Shown here: piece by piece, positions 1 to 9,560 of the stretch
Position numbering within the stretch: the first letter of the stretch is position 1
Layout of the letters: every line of letters starts with the position of its first letter
IMG/VR virus record: IMGVR_UViG_3300008219_003867
Coordinates: 1 to 56,278 of that record
Strand: one strand, 5' to 3'
From: a virus
Taxonomy: Duplodnaviria > Caudoviricetes
Length of the DNA: 56,278 nucleotides
Translations under genes and position numbers: made by a program
Notes under the pieces: model-generated
Told to the model about the DNA's origin: nothing
The model's database searches: none
What the model saw: only the letters and a program-made list of their open reading frames with translations

Positions 1-204
1 AATTCTTATAGAGGCAAAACTGTTTATTCTTTGAGAGTTAAATTTCTAGATGAGTTGATAAGAAAAGAAATGAACCAATTAGATAAGAGTAACCAAAGAC
101 CAATTAAAGAAATAGAATACAAAAATAGTAGCAGCATTGTTCCCAGTAAGCCCTACGGGAAACAAAGCAGGATATCTGAATTAAGGAAGCTAGACAATGA
201 GTGA
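1..204 (+). CDS. 3' end of a hypothetical protein (truncated by window start)
   Basis: Frame 1 reads open from base 1 (NSYRGKTVYSLRVKFLDELIRKE...ISELRKLDNE) to TGA at 202-204, overlapping the recA-like ATG at 197. Not in the ORF track. Confidence 0.75.
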   Translation, partial: NSYRGKTVYSLRVKFLDELIRKEMNQLDKSNQRPIKEIEYKNSSSIVPSKPYGKQSRISELRKLDNE

Positions 205-1264
205 CGCAACATTAAAAGCAATTACAAAAAAGTATGGAAACATACTAATAAATGGAGCGCAGGTTTTTGAAGATCTAAAAGACATGAAGGTGATTCCCGT
301 AAGCCCAGCTTTGGATTACGCCCTTGGTGGTGGGTTTAGAGAGGGAACTTGGATTCAAATGATTGGAGATCCTAAATCTGGAAAAACCACCACGGCTTTG
401 CAATTTGCGGCCAATTGCCAAAAAGAAGAATATGGCGCAAGAGATATTTTTTACATTAATGTTGAGGGTAGATTAAGCACAAAAAACTTTGAGGGAATTG
501 AAGGATTGCAAGCAGACAAGATAACCGTAGTGCAGTCCGAAGAAGAACCCCTAAGCGCTGAACAATATCTTGGGGCGGTAGAAAAGCTAATTAAGTCATA
601 TCCCAATTGTGTTGTAATCATTGATTCAATCTCCAGCCTTATAGCCCAAAAAGATTTAGATGAAGAAGTTCGTGGCGATTACAGGCCCGGAGTCCCAAAG
701 ATTCTGTCTAATTTTTGTAAAAAGCTTAGTAGCGTTGTTCCCAAACAAAAGGCTATTATCATCATGGTCACACATTTTATAGCCAACACCGCTGGTATGG
801 GCAAAAAGAAGGTGGCAGACGGCGGCGTTAAGGTGAGGTATCAGGCAGATACGATTCTTGAGATAGCATGGATTCAAGCTTGGAAAGAGAAAAACGAAGG
901 TCGTCAAATAGGACAGGCCATGCACTGGAAGGTTATCACCTCTGCTCTTGGCGGCTTTGTTGGTGGCGAAGCAATTGGTTGGCTCAGATACGGCTTGGGG
1001 ATAGACAAGAAGCAAGAATTATTTGATCAAGCTAATGACTTCGATTTGATTTCTGCGGCTGGAGCGTGGTACACCTGCGACTTCCTTGTTGAAAACCCAA
1101 AACTAATTTCTAGACCCCTAAAGGAAAACAACATTGATCCCAAAGATAAAGAAAAGCTCACTAAGTTTGTTAAATTTCAAGGCCAACAAAAGATGCGCCA
1201 GTTTTTAGACGAAAATAAACTATGGGGCGCTCTTGAGAGTTCATTGAAGGAAATGTTATTTTGA
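197..1264 (+). CDS. recA: RecA/UvsX-like recombinase
   Basis: LDYALGGG motif, Walker A GDPKSGKTT, catalytic Glu region YINVEG, Walker B VIIDSIS, GG motif (DGGVKVRY), C-terminal AGAWY and FQG motifs, in RecA order. Confidence 0.9.
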   Translation: MSDATLKAITKKYGNILINGAQVFEDLKDMKVIPVSPALDYALGGGFREGTWIQMIGDPKSGKTTTALQFAANCQKEEYGARDIFYINVEGRLSTKNFEGIEGLQADKITVVQSEEEPLSAEQYLGAVEKLIKSYPNCVVIIDSISSLIAQKDLDEEVRGDYRPGVPKILSNFCKKLSSVVPKQKAIIIMVTHFIANTAGMGKKKVADGGVKVRYQADTILEIAWIQAWKEKNEGRQIGQAMHWKVITSALGGFVGGEAIGWLRYGLGIDKKQELFDQANDFDLISAAGAWYTCDFLVENPKLISRPLKENNIDPKDKEKLTKFVKFQGQQKMRQFLDENKLWGALESSLKEMLF

Positions 1265-1692
1265 GGGCAAAAGGTTTTGATGGCAGGGATCGAAATTGGA
1301 ACTTATCTAAGTGTGTCGTATCGGGGGATGACACTAGACCACGTTCCAATCTTCACATTCTTGCCAGAAAGGTCTTGCGAAAAGAATTCCCGTATGATAG
1401 AATCTTTGAGGAGGTTCCGCTTCCCGGTTCACACAAGCCATCAAGAAAATCTACTTTGTTCGTTGATTTCTTGATACCGTCAAGTTCTTTGGCGGTTGAG
1501 GTTCATGGGCGACAACACTTTGAGTTTGTCGCTCATTTTCATAGTGACATGCGGGGATTTAGAAAATCCAAAGCCAGAGACAGAGACAAGGTTAATTGGC
1601 TTGAAATAAATTCTATTGACCTTATCACATTAAGCTATTCGGAAACAGAAGATGAGTGGAGAAACAGAATTATCAATAGAGAAGCTGGATGA
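1261..1692 (+). CDS. Vsr/DUF559-like PD-(D/E)XK endonuclease
   Basis: FVDFLIP...LAVEVHGRQH...RDRDKVNWLEINSIDLITL matches the D...ExxG(x)xH...RD-K pattern of Vsr-like nucleases. TTG start overlaps the recA stop. Confidence 0.7.
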   Translation: MRAKGFDGRDRNWNLSKCVVSGDDTRPRSNLHILARKVLRKEFPYDRIFEEVPLPGSHKPSRKSTLFVDFLIPSSSLAVEVHGRQHFEFVAHFHSDMRGFRKSKARDRDKVNWLEINSIDLITLSYSETEDEWRNRIINREAG

Positions 1693-2143
1693 CTTCATTC
1701 AGCAACTGGAAGATTATGTTGCTGGTGAAGGTGTCATAAGCGTAAAGCCCAATCCAGAGGTTGAGCAAATAATCAACCTTTCTGGGTTTGAGTTAAAATC
1801 TTTAACACCAGAGGAATGCTGCCAAAAAGCATTTGTTGTTCAGGGGTACTGTAGCTTTCTACAAAAGGTATACAACAAACATCTAGCCAAGTTTAAATGG
1901 TGCGAAGAGTTCATAAACCACGCAGTTGCAAAAAGATCTGAGAATTTTGATAAATATACCAAATGGGAAGTTAAGGTACACTCTGTAATAAGAGAAGATG
2001 ATTTCGTCCAAAAAGTTTGGAGGGTTAAGAGGTTTGCAGAAGGTAAAGTAACATTGCTTTCTGATTCCATAAGAGATATAAGAAGACAAGCAGACACATT
2101 ACTAGAACTAAGCAGGAAAAGAAAAAATGACACCTATAGATAA
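1652..2143 (+). CDS. Helical hypothetical protein, possible UvsY-like recombination mediator
   Basis: Coupled ORF, looks all-helical. The C-terminal half resembles T4 UvsY by eye and it lies two genes from the recombinase. The coding call is firm; the function is tentative. Confidence 0.4.
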   Translation: MSGETELSIEKLDDFIQQLEDYVAGEGVISVKPNPEVEQIINLSGFELKSLTPEECCQKAFVVQGYCSFLQKVYNKHLAKFKWCEEFINHAVAKRSENFDKYTKWEVKVHSVIREDDFVQKVWRVKRFAEGKVTLLSDSIRDIRRQADTLLELSRKRKNDTYR

Positions 2144-2594
2144 AATTAAAGAAGGGATTCTTTGCAATGATATGGAACAAGTTATTCAAGGCTTTAAGCT
2201 TCTCACGGGAGAAGAAATCAGACCAGAAGGAAGAAAACCAGAAGGAAGAAAACCAGAAGGAGGAAAGCCAGAAGAGCCAATCGCAGAAAAAGCCGTGCAG
2301 TCACCAGTGCAGATGCGGTCGAAAGACTTAGATTTTTCTACAAAGCTAGAAGAAGATACTAACCACGGCAAGCGTGAACCAGTTAAGGCTCAAAAAAATC
2401 AATTTGTTGACGATGGTACGGAGGCGTTGGTTTCAGAAGATCCAGAACTGAAAACACCAAATGTTCCTTTAACGCAAAGGCGACCTCCAGCAAGCCTAGT
2501 TGAAGTAGTCTGCCATGTTTGCGGCGAGAAGGAAGAAATTAATGCTAAATACAAAGTTGGACAATTTCATCGCTGCGGTAAGTGTGTTGGCTAA
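2127..2594 (+). CDS. Hypothetical protein with PEGRK repeats and a C-terminal Zn ribbon
   Basis: RPEGRKPEGRKPEGGKPEE repeat; CHVC...CGKC at the C-terminus; TAATG coupling to the helicase gene. Confidence 0.8.
   Translation: MTPIDKIKEGILCNDMEQVIQGFKLLTGEEIRPEGRKPEGRKPEGGKPEEPIAEKAVQSPVQMRSKDLDFSTKLEEDTNHGKREPVKAQKNQFVDDGTEALVSEDPELKTPNVPLTQRRPPASLVEVVCHVCGEKEEINAKYKVGQFHRCGKCVG
2223..2274 (+). repeat. 15-bp in-frame tandem repeat (CCAGAAGGAAGAAAA), about 3.5 copies
   Basis: ccagaaggaagaaaa ccagaaggaagaaaa ccagaaggaggaaag ccagaag read directly. Confidence 0.9.
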
Positions 2595-4087
2595 TGGCAG
2601 AGCAGATCGCAAACACAGCTTCTGAGCGTGCTGTCATAGCCGGTTTGGTAAAGCATGGATCGGAAGCTTTCATTGATGTTGATGACATCATAAGCGTGAG
2701 TGTATTTACGCTTGAAGAAAATCAAATATTATACGCCTGCCTAACAAAAATATTTGAAACTAACAATGAAGTAGATTTTCCATCAATACTAAGTGCAGCA
2801 AAAGATGTTGGCCTAGACGCAGCATTTGAAAATAGAATATCGCCTGAACACGTTAGGGCGATAATGAACCTAGACATTGCTATTGAGAATGTAAGAAACC
2901 ATGCAATTAAACTCAAAAAATTAGAAATAGCCAGAGACGTTCGGTTAACAGCAAAGCGCGTTATAACCAACATCATAGATGTTACCGGAGACGAAACCGT
3001 TGATCAAATCATTAGCATTGGAGAAAAACCGTTTTTTGAGTTGTCTTCCTCGCTAAACAACAAAATTGAAGACAAGCCAGTAATCATTAGCGAGGATATA
3101 GAAGAATACATAAACCACTTAATAGAAAATCCAGCAGAGATGCTTGGCATAAGTAGCGGTTTTCCAAGGTTTGATAAATCAATTGGGGGTGGGTTTAGAA
3201 GGAAGTGCGTAGACCTTATTGCTGCCAGACCCAAGGTTGGCAAAAGCATGTTTGCTGACAATGTAGCTTTGCACATTGCTGGCAAGCTCAAAATACCAGT
3301 TCTCATGCTCGACACAGAAATGTCTAAGGAAGATCACGTTAATCGCCTCTTGGCAAACTTAAGTGACATTGAGATTAATGAAATTGCTACTGGCGGTTTT
3401 TCTAAATCTAAAGGTGGAAAAGAACGTGTTACACAAGCAGCGGAGGAACTTAAAAGCATTCCATATGATTATATTACCATTGCAGGAAAATCATTTGAAG
3501 AAACCCTTTCAATTATGAGAAGGTGGATTGTTAAAAAGGTTGGCTTTGATGAAAACGGAAGAACCAACCCCTGTATGATTGTCTATGACTACTTAAAGCT
3601 CATGCACTCAGACCAAATGTCTGATGGGTTAAAAGAATTTCAAATTTTAGGATTTCAGATTACACAGCTTCACAACTTTGCTGTTCAGTATGACGTTCCC
3701 TGTCTCAGTTTTGTTCAATTAAATAGGGATGGAATCACAAAAGAATCGACCGATGTTGTTAGCGGTTCTGATCGCTTGATTTGGCTTTGCAGTAGCTTTA
3801 CTATTTTTAAGAGAAAGTCAGACGAAGAAACGGCAGAAGATAATGGAGAAAGTGGAAACAGAAAATTAGTACCCATCGTAGCTCGTCACGGCGGTGGGTT
3901 AGCCGATGAGTTTGATTATATTAATATGAGCATGAGGGGCGAGTACGGACGCATAGACGAAGGCTTCACTAAGTCCGAATACATTTTGGCTGGCAAAAAG
4001 AAAAAAGAAGGCTTTGATAATAATGTAAACAGTGGTGAAGAGGGGTTTGTTTTAGAAGAAGAGATAGACCCGGAGAAGCCATTTTGA
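2594..4087 (+). CDS. dnaB: Replicative DNA helicase, DnaB family
   Basis: N-terminal SERAVIAGL, Walker A AARPKVGKS, LDTEMS, IVYDYL, FVQLNR, ARHG arginine finger. Start moved to ATG 2594 (TAATG overlap). Confidence 0.93.
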   Translation: MAEQIANTASERAVIAGLVKHGSEAFIDVDDIISVSVFTLEENQILYACLTKIFETNNEVDFPSILSAAKDVGLDAAFENRISPEHVRAIMNLDIAIENVRNHAIKLKKLEIARDVRLTAKRVITNIIDVTGDETVDQIISIGEKPFFELSSSLNNKIEDKPVIISEDIEEYINHLIENPAEMLGISSGFPRFDKSIGGGFRRKCVDLIAARPKVGKSMFADNVALHIAGKLKIPVLMLDTEMSKEDHVNRLLANLSDIEINEIATGGFSKSKGGKERVTQAAEELKSIPYDYITIAGKSFEETLSIMRRWIVKKVGFDENGRTNPCMIVYDYLKLMHSDQMSDGLKEFQILGFQITQLHNFAVQYDVPCLSFVQLNRDGITKESTDVVSGSDRLIWLCSSFTIFKRKSDEETAEDNGESGNRKLVPIVARHGGGLADEFDYINMSMRGEYGRIDEGFTKSEYILAGKKKKEGFDNNVNSGEEGFVLEEEIDPEKPF

Positions 4088-5139
4088 AAAAACTTACAAC
4101 AAAAGAATTGAAGAAGCTGTCAGACAAGATTGCTCAAAACATAGTACCCATACTTGGGCAGTTTGGTGTTGAAATAAATGATTTTGAAGACTATATTTCT
4201 TGTTCCTGTCCAATACACAAAGGCGACAACCCAAATGCTTTTACCATGAACACAGACTTAGAGCATCCCTACTTTGGCTTATGGAAATGCTGGACACAGG
4301 GGTGTGAAGAAGACAATGTTAATACGCCAGTTGGGTTGATTAGATTGTTGCTATCAGATATAGAAGACAAAGAAGTTACGTTTGACCAAACGGTTCAATA
4401 TTGCATGAAGCTAGTTGAAACTAATTTTGAAGATTTAAACAAAGAGTCTGAAAACGTGAACTTTAGTACATTTTCTAAGTTTGAAAAAGCCCTACAAAGA
4501 CGAGAAAAAAATAAGGCCAACGGTGTTGAGCGAGACAAGGTTAGGGCTTCCCTAAAAAGACCGGCCAAGTATTATATAGAGAGGGGATATTCAAAAGAAG
4601 TTTTGGATGAATTTGATGTTGGGGTATGCTTGGATTCAACTAAACAAATGCGAAATAGAGTAGTTGCCCCCGTTTATGATGATGATTTTGAGCGCATGGT
4701 AGGATGCGTGGGCAGAGTCATGCATGAGAACTACAAGGGGAAAAAGTGGGTCAATTCAAAAAATTTTTACTCTGGAGCTTGGCTCTATGGGTATTGGTTA
4801 TCTCAAGACAAAATTCGTGAAAAAAGAACAGCAATTCTAGTCGAAGGACAAGGCGACGTTTGGAGACTTTGGGAAGCCGATATAAAGAACGTGGTTGGAA
4901 TGTTTGGGTCTGGTCTTACAGACACACAAATAAGAATTCTGGAAACGTCTGGAGCCTTTACGCTGGTGTTGCTAACAGACAACGATGAAGCGGGGAATAA
5001 GGCGAGAAATTCCATACGCAAAAAGTGCGAAAGAACATTTAATATTATTGAAATAGAACTTTCTACCAAAGACGTAGGCGACATGTCTGTCGAACAAATT
5101 AATCAAGAAATTAAGCCGCAGATAAAGGAGCATATATAA
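4084..5139 (+). CDS. dnaG: DNA primase, DnaG-like (Zn finger + TOPRIM)
   Basis: CPIH...WKCWTQGC zinc-binding domain; GR and KWVNS motifs; TOPRIM ILVEGQGDV and LTDNDEAG; KDVGD. Confidence 0.92.
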   Translation: MKKLTTKELKKLSDKIAQNIVPILGQFGVEINDFEDYISCSCPIHKGDNPNAFTMNTDLEHPYFGLWKCWTQGCEEDNVNTPVGLIRLLLSDIEDKEVTFDQTVQYCMKLVETNFEDLNKESENVNFSTFSKFEKALQRREKNKANGVERDKVRASLKRPAKYYIERGYSKEVLDEFDVGVCLDSTKQMRNRVVAPVYDDDFERMVGCVGRVMHENYKGKKWVNSKNFYSGAWLYGYWLSQDKIREKRTAILVEGQGDVWRLWEADIKNVVGMFGSGLTDTQIRILETSGAFTLVLLTDNDEAGNKARNSIRKKCERTFNIIEIELSTKDVGDMSVEQINQEIKPQIKEHI

Positions 5140-5900
5140 TGACGAATATTTTAGGATTTTCTGGCGTTAAGCAAAGTGGAAAAACCACCTGCTGCAAATT
5201 TTTACATGGATACCAACTCAGGGTACATGACGTAGTTGAGAAATTTCTCATGGACGAAGAAGGCAACCTTATAGTAAATGCGATTCAGCTTGATGAAAAT
5301 GGAAAAGAGGTCGAAGGTCTTGGGTTTTTAGATATCGAAAGAAAAGACGCAGACTTTGTTGAATATGCAAATAGATCAATTTGGCCTTATGTTAGATCTT
5401 TTAGCTTCGCAGACCCGCTCAAGATTATTTCGATACAGTTGTTTGGATTAACTGAAGAGCAGTGCTATGGAACAGATGAGGAAAAGAACACGCCCATAAA
5501 TATTAAATGGGAAGATGTCCCTACGGGTGAGGATTCAGGGGGCTTTATGACGGCCAGAGAATTCTTGCAGTATTTTGGAACTGACATTTGCAGGAAAATC
5601 AAATCTAACATTTGGGTTGAGAGTTGTATTAACAGGATGCTAGAAAGCGGAACCGAGCTTGCAATTGTGCCAGACGTTCGCTTTCCAAACGAAGCAGACG
5701 CCATCAAGAAAGCCGGTGGTAAAGTTATTCGATTAACTAGGTCTCCATATGATGACCAGCACGAAAGCGAAACGGCATTAAATGATTATGAAGGATTTGA
5801 TCATGTGCTAGATAACGCAAACACCAACTTAGACGAAACCAACAGATCACTAATGGAAGTTTTGAGGGACTGGGGATGGTTGCAAACAAAAGGATCATAA
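5139..5900 (+). CDS. Deoxynucleoside monophosphate kinase (T4 gp1-like)
   Basis: P-loop GVKQSGKTT, SFADPLK, TAREFLQYFGTD, DVRFPNE, HESE motifs. Confidence 0.88.
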   Translation: MTNILGFSGVKQSGKTTCCKFLHGYQLRVHDVVEKFLMDEEGNLIVNAIQLDENGKEVEGLGFLDIERKDADFVEYANRSIWPYVRSFSFADPLKIISIQLFGLTEEQCYGTDEEKNTPINIKWEDVPTGEDSGGFMTAREFLQYFGTDICRKIKSNIWVESCINRMLESGTELAIVPDVRFPNEADAIKKAGGKVIRLTRSPYDDQHESETALNDYEGFDHVLDNANTNLDETNRSLMEVLRDWGWLQTKGS

Positions 5901-6439
5901 GCGTCCCTTGGGATTACTCAATGATAGAGCGCGCCCAAAAGAAAGCCAAAAAATTGGGAGCGATAAGAAATTCAATTCTCCGAGGGGGTGGAAACCTTGC
6001 GGGGTATTTGGGAGAAGAGGCCGTTGCGTCATACATTAATGCAGAAATTATTAGCTGCAATGACGGCGACGATAAATACAATTACGATATCTGGAAGGAC
6101 AAAACACGAATAGAAATAAAAACGAAAAGAAGAACAGTTCCACCTTTAGATTATTACGACGTGTCGGTTGCAAAGACCAGCAGACACCAAAGACCTGATT
6201 TATATATTTTTGCAAGCATTGAATTTGAAAACATGGCGATGGAAAATGGAAAACGTACCTATCGCGGCATCAAAAACATTTGGATTTTAGGGCAGGCAGA
6301 GCCTGAAGATTATTTTGCAAGAGCCAAGATTTGGCAAGCTGGAGATGTTGATATAACAAATGGATTTAAAACTCATGTAGATATGTATAACCTGCCCATA
6401 TCGGAAATAGAACCGCTAGATGATAATTTGTTACCATAG
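5876..6439 (+). CDS. Putative PD-(D/E)XK restriction-endonuclease-fold protein
   Basis: GYLGEEAV helix followed by YD...IEIKT. Confidence 0.6.
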   Translation: MVANKRIISVPWDYSMIERAQKKAKKLGAIRNSILRGGGNLAGYLGEEAVASYINAEIISCNDGDDKYNYDIWKDKTRIEIKTKRRTVPPLDYYDVSVAKTSRHQRPDLYIFASIEFENMAMENGKRTYRGIKNIWILGQAEPEDYFARAKIWQAGDVDITNGFKTHVDMYNLPISEIEPLDDNLLP

Positions 6440-7433
6440 AAGCAGCAGCATAGGAACCCTAGACTTCTGCGAACAAAAATTTTTCCTACAATACAATCTG
6501 TCTTTTAAAGATAAGACTAATAAAAAGGCTTTGATGGGTACAATTACTCATAAGGTAATGCAAACACTTGGCGATAAAAAAATCGCTATGGAAAAGGGTT
6601 TAGGCTTTGTAGAAGATGATGAAACAGGAAAGAAGCTATCTCTTGAAGAATGTGATAATATTGAGCTTCTTAATGACATAGCGTTTGATTACTACAGTTC
6701 GTCTTTTCCAGAAGTCAACATTACAGAGGCTGATCGCAGAGCTTGCAAAAGATGGGCAGATAAAGCGGTAGCTTATAACGACGGAGCGCTTGACCCTAGA
6801 AATCAAAACGTTTTTGCCACCGAGTTGTTCTTTGATTTTGAAATCAAAAAGCCTTGGGCGAAGTATTCTTATGAACTTGACGGGAAAACAATTGAAGGTT
6901 ATTTGGCAATCAAAGGAACCGTTGATCTTATAGTAGAACATTCGGATGGGTACTATGAAATAATAGATTACAAAACTGGAAAGAGAATAAACTGGGCAAC
7001 AGGAGAAGAGAAAACACACGAAAAACTACAAGGCGACACCCAGCTACTTTTGTATTATTACGCCTTGAAAAATATGTACCCAGACCGTGAATTTTCAATA
7101 AGCATTTACTACATAAATGACGGTGGTTTATTTTCGATGGCTTTTGATGAAGATGATTACGAAAAGGCAGAAGAGATACTTAAGAAAAAATTTGAACAGA
7201 TAAGAAACATACAGCATCCACGACTGCTTTCCAACAAAAATCTGCATTGGAAGTGTCAGAAGCTTTGCAAATTTAGCGAACCCTACAAAGACACAGGCAA
7301 AAGTTTATGCCAACACATACGTGATGAAGTCGTGAAAAAGGGCATAAACACAGTTGTTGAAGAATATGGAGATATTGACAAAATTACCACCTATGGCGAC
7401 GGCGGTGGTAGATTAGCGGATAAGAAAAAATGA
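6420..7433 (+). CDS. Cas4/RecB-like PD-(D/E)XK exonuclease
   Basis: SSS...FCEQKF, GTITH, KGTVDLI, IIDYKTG, QLLLY, plus C-terminal Cys cluster (CQKLC...C) that could form an Fe-S site. Confidence 0.85.
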   Translation: MIICYHRSSSIGTLDFCEQKFFLQYNLSFKDKTNKKALMGTITHKVMQTLGDKKIAMEKGLGFVEDDETGKKLSLEECDNIELLNDIAFDYYSSSFPEVNITEADRRACKRWADKAVAYNDGALDPRNQNVFATELFFDFEIKKPWAKYSYELDGKTIEGYLAIKGTVDLIVEHSDGYYEIIDYKTGKRINWATGEEKTHEKLQGDTQLLLYYYALKNMYPDREFSISIYYINDGGLFSMAFDEDDYEKAEEILKKKFEQIRNIQHPRLLSNKNLHWKCQKLCKFSEPYKDTGKSLCQHIRDEVVKKGINTVVEEYGDIDKITTYGDGGGRLADKKK

Positions 7434-9343
7434 ATTGGACACCATTACACCTGCACACACACTACAGCCTCTTAGACGGCCTCTCGAAGCCCTCACAGGT
7501 CGCCTCGCGCTGTTCGGGGTTGGGCTTTGAGTCCTGCGCCCTAACCGATCACGGCACCATATCGGGCGCTGTGGCCTTTACGCAAGCTTGTCGTTCTAAG
7601 AATATTAAGCCAATACTTGGATGCGAGTTCTACCTAAGCCCAGCCGATTGCACAATTAAGAACGAAGAAAATAGAAAGCTTAGTCATCTTTGCGTGTTGG
7701 CTAAAAACAAAAACGGTTGGAACAACTTAATCCAAGCTGTTTCAAAAAGCAACGATGAAGAAAACTTTTATTACAGACCTCGTCTTGATTTGAATACTCT
7801 TGGTCAATTTGCAGGTGGCGACTTGATTGCCTTTAGCGGCCATCTTGGAAGCGACTTGGCCAATGTTATATTTGCCGATGTAAAATCAGCCTACGCCGCC
7901 CCAACAGAAGAAGAAGCCAAGAGATACGTTCATCCAGAATGGGTGGAAAATGCTTTGTCTTTGGCGAATAAATATCGAGACATCTTTGGCAAAGAAAACT
8001 TCTTCATTGAAATACAAGCCATAGATCAAGAAAATTCTCCTGCCGCTAGCTTAGTTGCACAGGGGCTAAGATACATAGCGAAGAAATATGACTTTCAAAG
8101 CGTGGCTACAGCAGACTCTCACTATCCAGAAAAACAAGATGCTGGTGATCAATTACTACTGCTCTGCTCCGCTATGAAAACCACCCTGCGTGGGATCAAG
8201 AAAAAGCTACAAGAAAACAAAGACGTGGCTTTCGGTGGGTTTATGAAATCAAACAATTTTCATATTCCCTCACTTGAGGAAATACAGGCCGTTAATCAAC
8301 CACACGAAATTGCGGCCACTATGCAAATTGCTGAAATGTGTGAAGACTATGACATTCTTGGTCGCCCCATGCTTCCACAATTTACCTGTCCTGAAAATCA
8401 ATCAGAAGAAGAACACCTTCGCCATCTTTGCAGAGAGGGTTGGACAAATAGACTTGTCCCAACTGGAAAAGTTAATACTATAGAAACGAAGGAGCTATAC
8501 ACAGAGAGGGTAAAAAAAGAGCTTGACGTTATAAGCCAAGCCAACCTGTCTGGGTATTTTCTCATTGTTAGAGACATAGTTAATAGCGTTCATAAAAAGA
8601 GCTACATTCCGGGGCCGGGAAGAGGTTCTGCCGCTGGATGCTTAATTTCATACTTAGTGGGGATAACCCAAGTAGACCCAATTGAATATGGCCTAATCTT
8701 TGAAAGGTTTTATAACGCTGGTCGCAACACTGATGATCACATTTCCCTTCCCGACATTGATATTGACGTACCAGCTTCAAAACGAGACGATACCATAAAC
8801 TACATAAGAAATAAATACGGCCCAGAAAGAGTCGGTCAAATGGTCACATTTGGGAGGCTACAAGGACGCAGCGCCCTCAAAGAGGTTTTGCGCATGAATG
8901 AAGCTTGTGGTTTTGATGAAATGAACACAATCACAAAAAGCCTACCTCACGAACACGAAGTTTCTGACCAATTAGCGGAGATGGATGATCCATCGGTAAT
9001 CAAATGGACTCTGATGAACCAACCAGAAACACTAAGGGATTATTGTAGATTAAATGACGAGGGCCAATTAGAGGGCGATTATTCCAAACTCTTTGCTCAA
9101 GCAATGAGAATAGAGGGAACTTTTAAATCTCAGGGAAAACACGCAGCGGGCGTTGTTATATCTTCCCACAAGCTGGACGAGGTCTGCCCAATGGTTAGAG
9201 ACAAAAAGGGTTCTGAAAAAATAGCGGGAATGGAAATGAACGACCTTGAGTCTATGGGTCATGTAAAATTTGATATACTTGGAATTTCACTACTGGACAA
9301 AATTATGGGCGTAAGAGATCAACTTGAAAGCGAAAATGTCTAA
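7430..9343 (+). CDS. dnaE: DNA polymerase III alpha, N-terminal half (PHP + palm + thumb)
   Basis: LHLHTHYSLLDG, ALTDHG, ATADSHY, GRGSAAG, LIFERF, PDIDID, KHAAGVVI, KFDILG; stops about 20 aa after the third catalytic Asp. Confidence 0.96.
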   Translation: MNWTPLHLHTHYSLLDGLSKPSQVASRCSGLGFESCALTDHGTISGAVAFTQACRSKNIKPILGCEFYLSPADCTIKNEENRKLSHLCVLAKNKNGWNNLIQAVSKSNDEENFYYRPRLDLNTLGQFAGGDLIAFSGHLGSDLANVIFADVKSAYAAPTEEEAKRYVHPEWVENALSLANKYRDIFGKENFFIEIQAIDQENSPAASLVAQGLRYIAKKYDFQSVATADSHYPEKQDAGDQLLLLCSAMKTTLRGIKKKLQENKDVAFGGFMKSNNFHIPSLEEIQAVNQPHEIAATMQIAEMCEDYDILGRPMLPQFTCPENQSEEEHLRHLCREGWTNRLVPTGKVNTIETKELYTERVKKELDVISQANLSGYFLIVRDIVNSVHKKSYIPGPGRGSAAGCLISYLVGITQVDPIEYGLIFERFYNAGRNTDDHISLPDIDIDVPASKRDDTINYIRNKYGPERVGQMVTFGRLQGRSALKEVLRMNEACGFDEMNTITKSLPHEHEVSDQLAEMDDPSVIKWTLMNQPETLRDYCRLNDEGQLEGDYSKLFAQAMRIEGTFKSQGKHAAGVVISSHKLDEVCPMVRDKKGSEKIAGMEMNDLESMGHVKFDILGISLLDKIMGVRDQLESENV

Positions 9344-9560
9344 ACAGAATAAAAGCTACCGGCAAAACATCAAGAACGGAATCGAAGAGGGAAGATATAC
9401 GGAGTATAAGGGTCTTTCTATCTGTAGAATAAATGATTTTTATCCACTAATGAATGGAAAGATTAGATACCAAGTGCATTCATATTTTTTTAGTCAATTG
9501 TACGAAGACATTGATGATGCACTAGATAAATTTTTTGAAATAAGAAGGAAAATTAGATGA
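9336..9560 (+). CDS. Small hypothetical protein (74 aa) between the polymerase halves
   Basis: ATG 9336 overlaps the dnaE-N end; stop overlaps the exonuclease start (ATGA). Confidence 0.75.
   Translation: MSKQNKSYRQNIKNGIEEGRYTEYKGLSICRINDFYPLMNGKIRYQVHSYFFSQLYEDIDDALDKFFEIRRKIR

Noticed and set aside
6420-7433. Cas4 as evidence of a CRISPR-Cas system
   Set aside because: No repeat-spacer array or other cas genes were seen; stand-alone Cas4-like nucleases are common in phage replication modules.
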